DNA of 61,873 bases, counting the filler, from Nemertoderma westbladi (lineage: Eukaryota > Animalia > Xenacoelomorpha): NCBI GenBank assembly GCA_032718475.1. It is 3 parts of 3 records of this genome, joined end to end, with 100 filler letters (N's around TTAATTAATTAA, not from the genome) between each part and the next. Parts side by side here need not be neighbours in the genome. Positions count along the whole stretch, not along the records: positions 24,076 to 52,689 come from JAUCBJ010001996.1; 2 more parts are not named here. One strand, given 5' to 3'. The translations under genes were made by a program, and so were the position numbers. Each line of letters begins with the position of its first letter. The stretch's first letter is position 1. The notes below the pieces were generated by a model, which worked only from the letters and a program-made list of their open reading frames with translations, was not told the DNA's origin and ran no database searches. Positions 25,138 to 35,554 of this stretch are shown piece by piece.

Positions 25138-27099
25138 ATGGCATCCAGTCAAGACTCAAACTCATCACAAACGGTCGATCCGGACGTGTGTATGGTTGCA
25201 GACGACGCGCTGGCGCAAAGAGTGTCACCTGAGAAAAGGCCAAGCTCAAACGGGGCGACCAACTCAGCGGTGATGAAAAAGTTCCAATCGAGCAATATAG
25301 CACTTATGACAATTCCGTTGGATGTAAACCAAGCGACCTCAATCGATGATATACTTGAAGTGGTGATCTCAGTTGACGATGCATCGACACTTCGTAATTA
25401 TCTCACTAGTTCTATGCCCGGATGGCCGGTCGGCGACAAAGAGAAGAGCGTAACTGGGTATGAATTCCTCATGAGTACTTCGAAGGGAATTATGGCATTG
25501 ATATGTCGAGGACAGATGTTGAATTCGATCTTCGAAACAGGGATCGATGTAATGACTCTGGTAAAAAGGGCCTGGGGCCTCGTTAGAACAGTTGAGGGGA
25601 ATCTACAGGTTATCACCCCTAAGAGCAAGATTACAGTAGATAATGCCAAATCTAAATGGCAGAATAATGCTGGTAGTGAGGAACGCACCGACAAAAAATG
25701 GGAAGAATATTTATCCAATTACCCAGGAGAGGCCCTGTATGAGGACTCGACTGACACTTTTTACCAGACTATTAGACTCATCGCTGCTGACCGCAAAATA
25801 AAGATCCGCAAACTGAACATCAGTTCAGTCGCTAAAGTTATACTCTCCGTACTCAAGTCTCCCAAGGACTTTCGGTTTGGTGACTATGGCCCTAATGCTA
25901 CTGAAGTTGAATATTTAAAGAAGAGATTAGAAAATCTAGACAAAGGGCTAGGACTTTTTTCGGAGGTGGCAACACGATATCGGGCACTAGTGAACCCTAC
26001 CAGGATGAAACTCACTAACGACTCCGCCATGAAGGTGAGGGATGCCTTGAGGGTCTTTGGAATCAAGGGCTGTACCCTTGGGAAAACAGATCAAATCAAA
26101 TATCGGAAGAACCTCGGACTCGTATATAAACTGGAAGCTTTAAGCTCCCACCGAGGGAAGGTGAACCTTAAACGATTAAATAACAATTCAGTTGGTAAAA
26201 AGGGTGGCCGCCGGGTGCTAGGGAAAGACACTGCCAAAACGCAGGTAGCTGCAGTTAATAAGGCAGGCGCTACTAAAGCGGCTAAAGTAATTAGCGGACT
26301 GATGGACTGCTCCGTAAGGGCGGAACAAAAAGAATTGATCAAGAAATTTGGGCAGGAAATGCCCAAAATGGAGAATGATGATTTCAAAAACGGTCATTCC
26401 TTTATCCTCCAGTCATTCGCAACATTCTTACCAAAGTCACAGGTAAAGGTATGCGTCCCACTAGCTCATTGGAGCATTGAAACAAATCGTGAAGCCGAAC
26501 CGTCCCAAGTTATCGCACGGATGAACCTATGTCACGAGCCCTCCCTCTGCGAGCCAGAGGTTGTAATCCTTTGGATGCTGGACGCCTGTACGGATAACCT
26601 GAATGTCATTGGAGAGTTAGTCGGATTTGAAAGAGGTACTTTTAGGTGCAGATCGGAACTTCCAGTAAAATCAAAGTTAGACCTCAGACGGATTAACAAC
26701 CAAGAAGCAATGCTACATAATCATCCGTTCATTAATAAGTGGGCAGCCCCGTTAAAGGGCTCTGCTACGAAATCCCAGACTGTCTCGGGAGATTTTATTG
26801 CAATCCCTTCGTGTCATTTTCCGAGAATCAACTCTAATAAGATCGAGAGGAAGTCGGCGCTTCTAACATCTTTCAGCACCTGCAAGGCGCGGGTTGCGGA
26901 TTTAGTAGACAAGGAGATACAAGACATCCGCAATGGCAAAGTTACCGACGCTCAGTTTGACGGAGACAAGATGTACTCTTTTAGCATCGACCAGACGAAT
27001 GGAAACGTCCGAATTGCTACCAGTCCTATGCCAATTGCCAAAAAATGGGCAATAAAAACTTGGCTGTCTGGACTTGAACCTGAAGAGGAGGCAAAATAA
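25138..27099 (+). CDS. NP: Endogenous orthomyxovirus-like (Articulavirales) nucleoprotein, intact 653 aa
   Basis: Intronless, basic and of higher GC than the flanks. Colinear influenza-NP-like blocks: [120 protein letters not shown]; acidic C-terminus. Confidence 0.75.
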   Translation: [653 protein letters not shown]

Positions 27100-27228
27100 A
27101 CTCTATATAAACTAACCGTATTTAGCGCTTTATTACTGGACTTATTACAGCTATATGCTGTACGTATTCATTTGTTAACATGAAAGATGGCGTTAACGGC
27201 CAAATGTATTAATTTAAAGAAAAAAAAA

Positions 27229-27564
27229 TATCACGAGGAACACATATATTGTAAACAGTGCGAAGCTTCAAATTCATGGCTCTATATCCTAAATGTTTTC
27301 CAGGAGTTGCTGCCTGCAGCAACTCCTGGAAAATATTTAGGATATAGAGCCATGAATTTGAAGCTTCGCACTGTTTACAATATATGTGTTCCTCGTGATA
27401 TTGTATATGAAATAATGAGAGAAGAGTACCCGGATGTGCTGGAAAAACGACGACTAGAAAACCGTAAACGGGTCCGCACTGGAGCTTTCAATTCAAAGGG
27501 TCCTTTGTGGTTAGTATCCGGGGATGGGCACGATAAATTGTGCGGTTATCAGAACTCAACATTC
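27229..27564 (+). pseudogene. IS3EU-like transposase fragment, copy 2 (intron-like leader + 261-bp duplicate of 24636-24900)
   Basis: 27304-27564 is near-identical to 24636-24900, lacks the 4-bp insertion, and is preceded by the acceptor-like TTTTCCAG. Confidence 0.8.
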
Positions 27565-28390
27565 ATATATACTCAACATTCAGATATACATATATGCTTG
27601 CATTCACTCCTACATATTCGAAATAATAGACTCAAAAACAAAGTGGTTTTGTGCGGACCACCAAGTGCAATGGATAAGGCATTGATTGATTGATTGAAAG
27701 GCATTTTCTCTATTTTCTTAAATATTTTCTATTCCCCATTATCTATTCTTCATTATCGGAGAAACTGAATTCGAATACGCAATGTTTAAACACAGAAGCT
27801 TGTATCATTATACCTGACTCATTGTTCAGGACAACCAATGGCTGACTGCAAGTGATTATAAGGACGACCTGCCTTGCCACTTGGTGATGGTCTCTGTTGG
27901 TTGTTGTTCTAGCAACACATTTCTACGTCCCGCCAACCTTGCTCCAGCTATTGCGCATGTGGTGCAAATATGCGATTAATTTCGCTGGTTAATCGCTGTT
28001 TAAACAATCAGTACTGGATATGGTGTTGTTATTTGAAAATAATATGTATATTAGGAGATGTTCATTTAACAGTAAATTTGTTAAACTATTTGACCAACTG
28101 AAATTCTATTCGATTAAGATATCGTGGCACCCACTGATATACTTAAAAAACAAAATTTCTGGAATCAGTCGTTGACATCCCCAGACATGTTCTGGAATAA
28201 ATTGGTGCCCATCCTAAATTAAAATAATAAAATTTACGGGAATATATTTTAAATTCATGTCCCCTCATGAATTGAATTAAATTGCCAATTTAAGACAATT
28301 AATCCCAGCCAAGCCAATAATTAAAGCCAATAAGAAGTTTGTGAGAAGTTTGATTTCAAACGCCGAAAGATTTCTCAACATAAATCTCGA

Positions 28391-29575
28391 ATGTCTGACA
28401 GCCATCAGTACAGTTTGGAATTTTCACTGCCAAGTTCACTGCCAGAGTCTAGGACCAATGTCCTAGCAAGTGAAGATATAAATACAGAAAAGTGGGAAAA
28501 GGTTGGAAGAACTAAGGTTAGTCCAGAGCTTACACATCAACTCATAATCGTAGCATTGGTCGCCAACGAAATTATTGCACCATATGCTGGAGACATCAAA
28601 AGAGGAGATTATTTGTATTGTCAGATATGTGGAGATCAGCACAACAAGAATAATTATGTAAGTAGGAAGGGAAGAAGTGGTTCATCTGCTGGAAGTGAGT
28701 CATCTGGGATGAACAGAGATTAATAGACTGGATTAGTCAGCAGGATGTTCCAGATGGTAAAAGTTCAGATGATGTTACATCTAAGAACTGTAAAATTAAT
28801 AATAGACGAAGTAAAGGTTGTTATGTGGCTAATCTGCAGCCGCAGAAATCAGGATATTGCCGAACATGCTCTGCAACTATTTATGTAGGAGGGAAATATT
28901 GCAGTAGATCTTGCAAAGTTAAGTATCAGGCAGCTCAGAAAGAAGATTCCAATAAAAGTAATTGGGAGTCTATCAGTGAAATGTCATCTAATATAGAGAT
29001 ACAAACAACACTGTTACATGAGAGTCTACGGGCTGTGAGAACTTGTGGAGAGTGTAATAAGCTGATCCCTTACAACAGTAAGAAATACTGCAGTGTTGAG
29101 TGTTTGGGTCGACATAAAATTGTCACAAGATCAGGATTAGGTAATGGTTCAGTTCCACAACTTCTACTCCAGAAAGTGGCCCTGTCAGCCAATACATCAC
29201 TTGGTGCCAAGGAAACTACACAACCAACCCCTATCCTTTGTCATCTGATGAACAAGTTTCTCTATCATCCCAACCATCAATCAGGACAAACCTATCAAGA
29301 ACAGGTATAACAGATAGTTCAATATCTCAAGAAGTTCACATGCCACCACCCCCTCCAACTTCATCACAGCCTTCTACCTCCTGGGCTGTACAGACCAATG
29401 CAAACTACTTTGGTTTCAAAGTGAAACAAGGGACACGGAATTAACACTTGTTGATGTCTGTGGGGATGGTGAATGCATGTTCCATGCAATCAGAAGATCA
29501 GATAAATCTCTTAATGACCCACCTCTGATGGTGAGGAAGAAGGCGCAAAGATATTTTAGAGGATTGCATGGTAAC
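28391..29575 (+). pseudogene. Frameshifted gene: zinc ribbon + two CxxC..KYCSxxC fingers + Ser/Pro linker + OTU-like protease start
   Basis: YCQICGDQH; CRTC..GGKYCSRSC; CGEC..KKYCSVEC; from 29441 LTLVDVCGDGECMFHAIRRS (OTU DGxC motif). Pieces lie in three frames. Confidence 0.55.
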
Positions 29576-30419
29576 CTTTTCAACCACCACCAATAAACGT
29601 GTCACTATAATATAATCCCAGCTGAATTATGACATCTTTCCACTCCATATCATACATGGGCAATTGTAAATAGGCCTAAAACTCACTGATGTGGTGTATG
29701 AACAGTCTATCATCTTCATTATCATCTTTAGGCACAGCATAACATTTCATGTGCTTTATAATATGTACTCGCTCTTCATTGGGACCCGTTTCCCATTTAC
29801 CATTTTACTTTCCCACTTACCGTTTCCCAATTACCATTTACCTTATGGTGCTCCCTCATGTGCCATGTAATCTTAATAACTTTCTTATTGCAGGCCTGGA
29901 ATTCTTTATGATATCGCTTGGTTACACCACCATAAGACTTGCCTCCGAATTGCCAGTTTTCACATTGACACAATATTGGTCTTCCAGTGTCTGGGGTTCA
30001 TTATCCTCAGAATCATTACAGTAAGATGAAGAATAATCCAAAGTCCAATCAGGATCATTGGTATCTTGCAATTGCGGGATTTTTATAGCAGTAACTGCAG
30101 CATCTTCATCGTCATATGTATTGGATTCTTGTGTTTCAAAAGTATTCATATGACTGTTACCTATGAAAATTAAATAAAAACCAATAATTTCCACTCATAC
30201 AGGAAAGACAATAGGGAACATTTTTAAAAGCAATTTTTAATGTCAGACAAGGTCTTTTATAAAATTTTATTGTACAAGAGGCCATCCCTAAATTATGTAA
30301 TGCGGGGATGGGGTCTGAGATATTTTATACTTTGAGACAAGAAAAAAAAATCCAAAAACGATCCCTGAGACTGGATCAAGTACAATTGGGAAGGAAAACA
30401 CCCCCCCCCCCCCCCCCCC

Positions 30420-31175
30420 TGGAAGCGTAATGTACCATAAAGCTCGGCGTTTGTCATGTGTTGTCTCCAGCTGATGTTTAGGGCTGCGCCCTTAGTAGTC
30501 TTGTGTAGCAACCATCAATTCGTTGTTCAAGTGATTTAGTCAGTGTCCTGGTCCCACCCCTGTATAAAAATACCCTTTCCACCGTGGCTCGAAAGAACTT
30601 AGTCTTCAGGTGCCTGGAGAGATCTGATTTCCAGATGGTATCCATTTTTGATAGAGCTACCCAAGCCTTTGCTTTCCTAACTTCTATGTCCTTTTTGCTA
30701 CTCTCTATCCATGATCCAAGGTACTGGAAGTCATCGACCTGCCTTAGTTGATTATTATCAATGGTTGTCAAGTTTCCATCAACATTAAAGGTCATGAATT
30801 CGGTCTTGGTAGCATTTATATGCAATCCAACCTCCTTAGCAGCCCTCTCCTCTTTATTTAGTAGAAGCTGTGCATCTGCTAGCGTATTAGAGAGCAGGGC
30901 GATGTCATCCGCAAAGTCGGTGTCTGTGACTGTAGTTGCCGGATATCTACTACTTCTGCGTTCTTGAAGTGTGAATCCCAGATCTTCACCCGTTGTGGCC
31001 GTCCTCATTGCGTAATCCAGCACAATTACAAATAGTAATGGTGTTAATGTGTCACCTTGCAGTACGCCAGCCAGGATTGAGAAAAACTCAGTTTCACCAT
31101 CTGGTGAGAGTACCTGCGCTTCTGTGTCACAATATAACAATCCAATGCCAGTTTCCTCAGGGGAGTTGGCAAAGA
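30420..31175 (-). pseudogene. RTE-type LINE reverse transcriptase fragment
   Basis: GVLQGDTLTPLLF, TDFADDIALL, GLHINATKTEFM, VDDFQYLGS, FFRATVE. Confidence 0.9.
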
Positions 31176-31176
31176 C

Positions 31177-32556
31177 GTGAAGATTAGAATGACAATAGAT
31201 CTGGAAGGAGCGGCCAAAGCAGTCATCCACTATGAGCAGAGGAAGAACTACGGCGACGAGGTGGAACGCGTCGGTAAACAACAGCATCTCCGGCGGGACA
31301 GCGAGCTGATCACGCTGTCACCACAACTTAATGACGACGGGATCCTAGTAATGAACTCTAGGGTGGGATACAACAACAGTATCGTCGTACCACCGAAGCC
31401 CATCATCATCCCCACAGGATCACCGATAGTCCACCAGATTATTTGGGACTCCCACAAGTCTATATTGCACGGGTGCACCAACCGAACCCTCACGGAGATA
31501 AGGAGGACCTTTTGGGTCAAACAGTTGAGGAAGAAGGTAAAGGCGGTAGTGGGGCAGTGCCAGAGCTGCCGACGAGCGAAGAAGGAGCGAGCCATACAGG
31601 AGATGGCACCACAACCGGCGAGTAGGGTAAGACTACACGACCCGCCATTTACGCATTGCGGTGTGGACATGTTCGGGCCGATAAAGATCAAGGTGATGCG
31701 GCACACGGAGAAACGCTACAGTATTATCTTCGTATGTAATAACACGCGGGCGGTAGGGATAGAACTCGCCCAAGATACAACCGCATCGGCATTCATTAAT
31801 GCCTTAGAGAGGTTTAGAGACCGCAAAGGTGGGACGATCGCAGTAATATACTCCGACAACGGGACCAACTTTGTGGGGGCGGAGAACGAGATGGCAGAGG
31901 CCTTGGGTATCCTGGAAGGAGAGGAAGTCAAAGTGAGGCGACGACAAGTAAAGTGGGAGAGGAGGACGCCGTATGCACCGCATACCCTAGGATGCGTCGA
32001 GAGACTCGTGGGTAGTTCGAAGCGTCTGATGACGAAGTTGATGAACACACATATGGTTACGGAGGACGTGCTAAGGACAGTACTTGCGAAGTGTGAGGGT
32101 ATCATTAATAGCAGACCGCTATATCCAGAGAATGATGACCATGAGTCACTAGACGTGCTGACGCCCAGCCATTTCCTAATGGAAAGGCCAGCGACCATCG
32201 ATATGCGGGGTGTAGACCCAGATGACATACACTCCCGCCAAAGTTGGAAAGTCGCTAAGGCGATACGCGCAGAGTATTGGAGGAGATGGGTTGAGGAATA
32301 CCTACCCACGCTTCACAGAAGAAGTAAGTGGAGGAAAACAAACAGAGAGTTGAGAGAGGGTGATCTCGTGATCGTCACGGATGATACCATCATCAACAAC
32401 CAGTGGCGGTTGGCGAGAGTTGTAGGCACTTACTCCGATGAGGACGGAAGAGTCCGATCGGTAGAAGTGCGGATAGGTGGCAAGATAGGTGCAAAAGACA
32501 GGAAGACCTACAGGAGGGCTGTAGGGAAGTGCTGTCTGCTAGAGGGGGCACCTTGA
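31177..32556 (+). CDS. BEL/Pao integrase region (5'-truncated pol; zinc-binding, DDE core and C-terminal domain)
   Basis: H..LHG..FWV..CQSCRR; PPFTHCGVDMFGP; IYSDNGTNFVGA; GCVERLVGS; EGIINSRPL; LTPSHFL; WRRWVEEYL..L..RSKW; GDLVIV; DGRVRSVEV. Confidence 0.93.
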   Translation: MKIRMTIDLEGAAKAVIHYEQRKNYGDEVERVGKQQHLRRDSELITLSPQLNDDGILVMNSRVGYNNSIVVPPKPIIIPTGSPIVHQIIWDSHKSILHGCTNRTLTEIRRTFWVKQLRKKVKAVVGQCQSCRRAKKERAIQEMAPQPASRVRLHDPPFTHCGVDMFGPIKIKVMRHTEKRYSIIFVCNNTRAVGIELAQDTTASAFINALERFRDRKGGTIAVIYSDNGTNFVGAENEMAEALGILEGEEVKVRRRQVKWERRTPYAPHTLGCVERLVGSSKRLMTKLMNTHMVTEDVLRTVLAKCEGIINSRPLYPENDDHESLDVLTPSHFLMERPATIDMRGVDPDDIHSRQSWKVAKAIRAEYWRRWVEEYLPTLHRRSKWRKTNRELREGDLVIVTDDTIINNQWRLARVVGTYSDEDGRVRSVEVRIGGKIGAKDRKTYRRAVGKCCLLEGAP

Positions 32557-32615
32557 GTTAGAGTGGAGTTTAGTAGAGTTTAGTCGTCCAAGTTTTGGAC
32601 TGAGGGGGGTGGGAT

Positions 32616-33457
32616 TGAGGGCGAGACGCCCTTCCCACACATAAAAATAAAATAAAAAAAAAATATAAATAATAATAATAATAACTAGGTACGCAGTAAG
32701 TAGGCAGATAGAAGTTAGATAGTAAGAGTAGTAAGAGGGTACGTAGTACCGTTAGTTAGGGGTGTTAGAGGAGTTAGTAAGAGGGTACGTAGTACCATTA
32801 GTTAGTCAGTGGAGTTAGAGGTTAGTAAGAGGGTACGTAGTACCGTTAGTTAGGAGTGTTAGAGGAGTTAGTAAGAGGGTACGTAGTACTGTTAGTTAGT
32901 TAGTGCGGTTAGAGGTTAGTAAGAGGGTACGTAGTACCGTTAGTTAGTTAGTGGAGTTAGAGGTTAGTAAGAGGGTACGTAGTACCGTTAGTTAGTTAGT
33001 GGAGTTAGAGTAGTAAGAGGGCACGTAGTACCGTTAGTTAGTGGAGTTAGAGTAGTAAGAGGGTACGTAGTACCGTTAGTTAGTCAGTGGAGTTAGAGTA
33101 GTAAGAGGGTACGTAGTACCGTTAGTTAGATAGAGTAAGAGTTAGAGGGTACGTAGTACCGTTAGTTAGTTAGAGAGAGTTAGAAGTTAGTAAGAGGGTA
33201 CCTAGTACCGGTTAGTAAGAGATAGAGGTAGAAGGGTATATATAGTATAGATATTAGTCAGTAGTGAGTAGCGAGAGGGGGGCATATGAGTACAGCTGGA
33301 TAAATCGTATGGCCACGCGACGCATACTGTTGTACTGCACAAGCCCACAGAGTAGGCCAGAATATGGATTATGAAATAGAATAATCCATAGGCAATAGTA
33401 AGTAGTAGGACAGTAGAATTAAATTAAATTAAAATAAAATAAGAATAGGGCTGAACA
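32616..33457 (+). mobile_element. Putative 3' LTR of the BEL/Pao element
   Basis: Purine tract GAGGGGGGTGGGA (32602-32614) immediately before TG; TATA-like TATATATA at ~33237; AATAAA near 33433; ends in CA. The right boundary is uncertain. Confidence 0.6.
32710..33215 (+). repeat. Tandem array inside the LTR, ~11 units of ~40-50 bp with core AAGAGGGTACGTAGTACCGTTAGTTAG
   Basis: The core recurs about 11 times, each with a GGTAC-GTA-GTACC mini-hairpin. Confidence 0.9.
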
Positions 33458-33657
33458 TTAACAAATTATGGTAACAGTAGAAAAGGAAATTCTGGAATAT
33501 AATTAAAGTAACGGACAAAATTGCGATTTAGGGTACATTTAGTAGCTTCATAATTAAGTAGTGTAAAGAATAGGCGATAACTCAGAAATTCAGAGAGAGA
33601 TAGGCCATCGAACTGAAATAAACCATCTAACCTGTCACTCATCCTATTGCGCCTTGG

Positions 33658-34206
33658 TAGCACCAAAATTTGCCAAATTACGCCGAAAAATACAAGTAGC
33701 AATGATCTGGCATATTAGAAATGTATTCCCTTAGAATCAGCGCCCTCGAAAACCTGAAAATGTGAATTTATAGCATCGTATAAGTGAATTAAAAATTTTG
33801 TGTTCTAACTGAAAAGTGCTGGTTACTTGTTTTTTTCATTGTTTTCCTACGCAGAGAGGACTAAACAGCCATTTATAGTAATCATATCATTTTTAAATAT
33901 TTTCCAATGTATTTTGCACCCCAAAAAACCTGTATTGAAAAATAATTAGCCGAAAATGTAACTTTCAAATTTTGTGAAAATTGTGCACTACGTGTAATTT
34001 TGATGCTGCAATATAACCACCCCAGTACATTTTTTCGAAAATTTTTAGTTCGGTCGGATCCAGACAAGTGATACCTACGGACAAACAAAAAATCAGACGT
34101 TTTCGTAAATATTTGTAGATTTTAGAGGGGGGGGGGGGGGGGGGGGGGGGTCAATATGACCCCCCCCGGTATTTGTACAACATTTTATAGCCCGGTACTA
34201 ATAGGG
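33658..34206 (+). mobile_element. Right half of the TTAA MITE family seen complete at 39451-40981
   Basis: Near-identical to ~40447-40981, ending CCCGGTACTAATAGGG|TTAA. Confidence 0.9.
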
Positions 34207-34288
34207 TTAATATATCTTAAAATTTTTGATATATTTAAAAATTCGATGCGACTTCTAGTTTCCGAGATATAGCAATTAATTGGGGGGA

Positions 34289-35535
34289 ACTAAGGGGGCT
34301 TGAGGCTTTAGCGCTTGAGGCTAATGAGGCTTTAGCGCTGGTAGATGGGCATAGGGGAAAACAGGTTTTGTCTAACTTTACAGACAAAGAGTGGGAGATC
34401 ATGGAGGGCTTAATGAAGGACAAAGATACTAAGGGGGCTTGAGGCTTTAGCGCTTGAGGCTAATGAGGCTTTAGCGCTGGTAGATGGGCATAGGGGAAAA
34501 CAGGTTTTGTCTAACTTTACAGACAAAGAGTGGGAGATCATGGAGGGCTTAATGAAGGACAAAGATATCATTATTCGTCCTGCTGACAAAGGGAACAAAA
34601 CAGTAGTGCTAGACATAGAGGATTACAATAGTAAAATGTGTACAATATTAGAAGACACCACTCAGTTTGAGAAAGTTGCAACGAACCCACTTGCAAAATA
34701 TGAGAGAGCAGTTAATTCTACCTTGAAACTCTTAGTAGATAACGGGGATATCAGCCATAAACTATGTTCTAGTTTGGGCAGTCACCATGCCAATCTGCCT
34801 TACACGTATGGTAACCCCAAAATACATAAAGAAAATACGCCCTTACGTAATATAGTAGCCTTCACCAACGCATAGCGCATCATTCATAGCTGATAGTTTG
34901 TCACATTATTTACCCAATGGGGAGACTTACATTAAGAACTCGGCAAATTTTACAGACTTATTAAAGGACGCAAATGTAGTTACTGATGAAATACAAGTAA
35001 GCTTCGACATTGTAAACATGTTCGGTAACATTCCTAAATATGAAGCTCTTGACGTAGTTATGGACATTATAAAGGCAGATCCTGAATTTGAAAACAGGAC
35101 AGGCCTAAAGGGGGGTGCTTTTAAAGCACTATTGAATGTAGTGTTAGACCAAACTGCCTTTCAGTATAAAGACGCCATCTACCGACAAATTAAAGGTTTA
35201 CCTATGGGTAACCCGGTGTCCCCTGTCCTAAGTTGTTTGTTCATGTATAAATTAGAACATGTTGCTAGGCAACGGGGTTTCTTACCTAACTGTTGGTTTA
35301 GATACGTTGACGATACTTGGTGTTTGGTACATAAGGACAAAGTTTATGATCTTCTAAATAATCTCAATTCACTCCACCTAATATCAAATTTACTGTAGAA
35401 CAACAAGACTCACTTGGAAAACTCCCCTTTCTTGATGTACTTATAACCCTGAGCCATTGCACTTTCAGCACTACTGTATATCAGAAATCGACACATTCCA
35501 ATAGATATTTAAATTTTGCCTCAAACCACCACCCA
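34289..35535 (+). pseudogene. Penelope-like element reverse transcriptase (stops and frameshifts; 139-bp tandem duplication at its start)
   Basis: IIIRPADKGNKTVVLD, YGNPKIHKENTPLRNIV, SFDIVNMF, QIKGLPMGNPVSP, WFRYVDD, LPFLDVLI, VYQKSTHSNRYLNF; duplicated 34289-34427 / 34428-34566. Confidence 0.92.
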
Positions 35536-35554
35536 CATATTATACAAGGTGTCT

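Noticed and set aside
25016-26387. Antisense ORFs overlapping the NP-like gene (ambisense coding)
   Set aside because: They are short and motif-free, as expected for shadow ORFs opposite a real coding frame.
32710-33215. CRISPR-like array (palindromic repeat with variable spacers)
   Set aside because: The linkers are short and similar to each other (GTTA/GAG variants), the array lies in a retrotransposon LTR, there are no cas genes and the context is eukaryotic.
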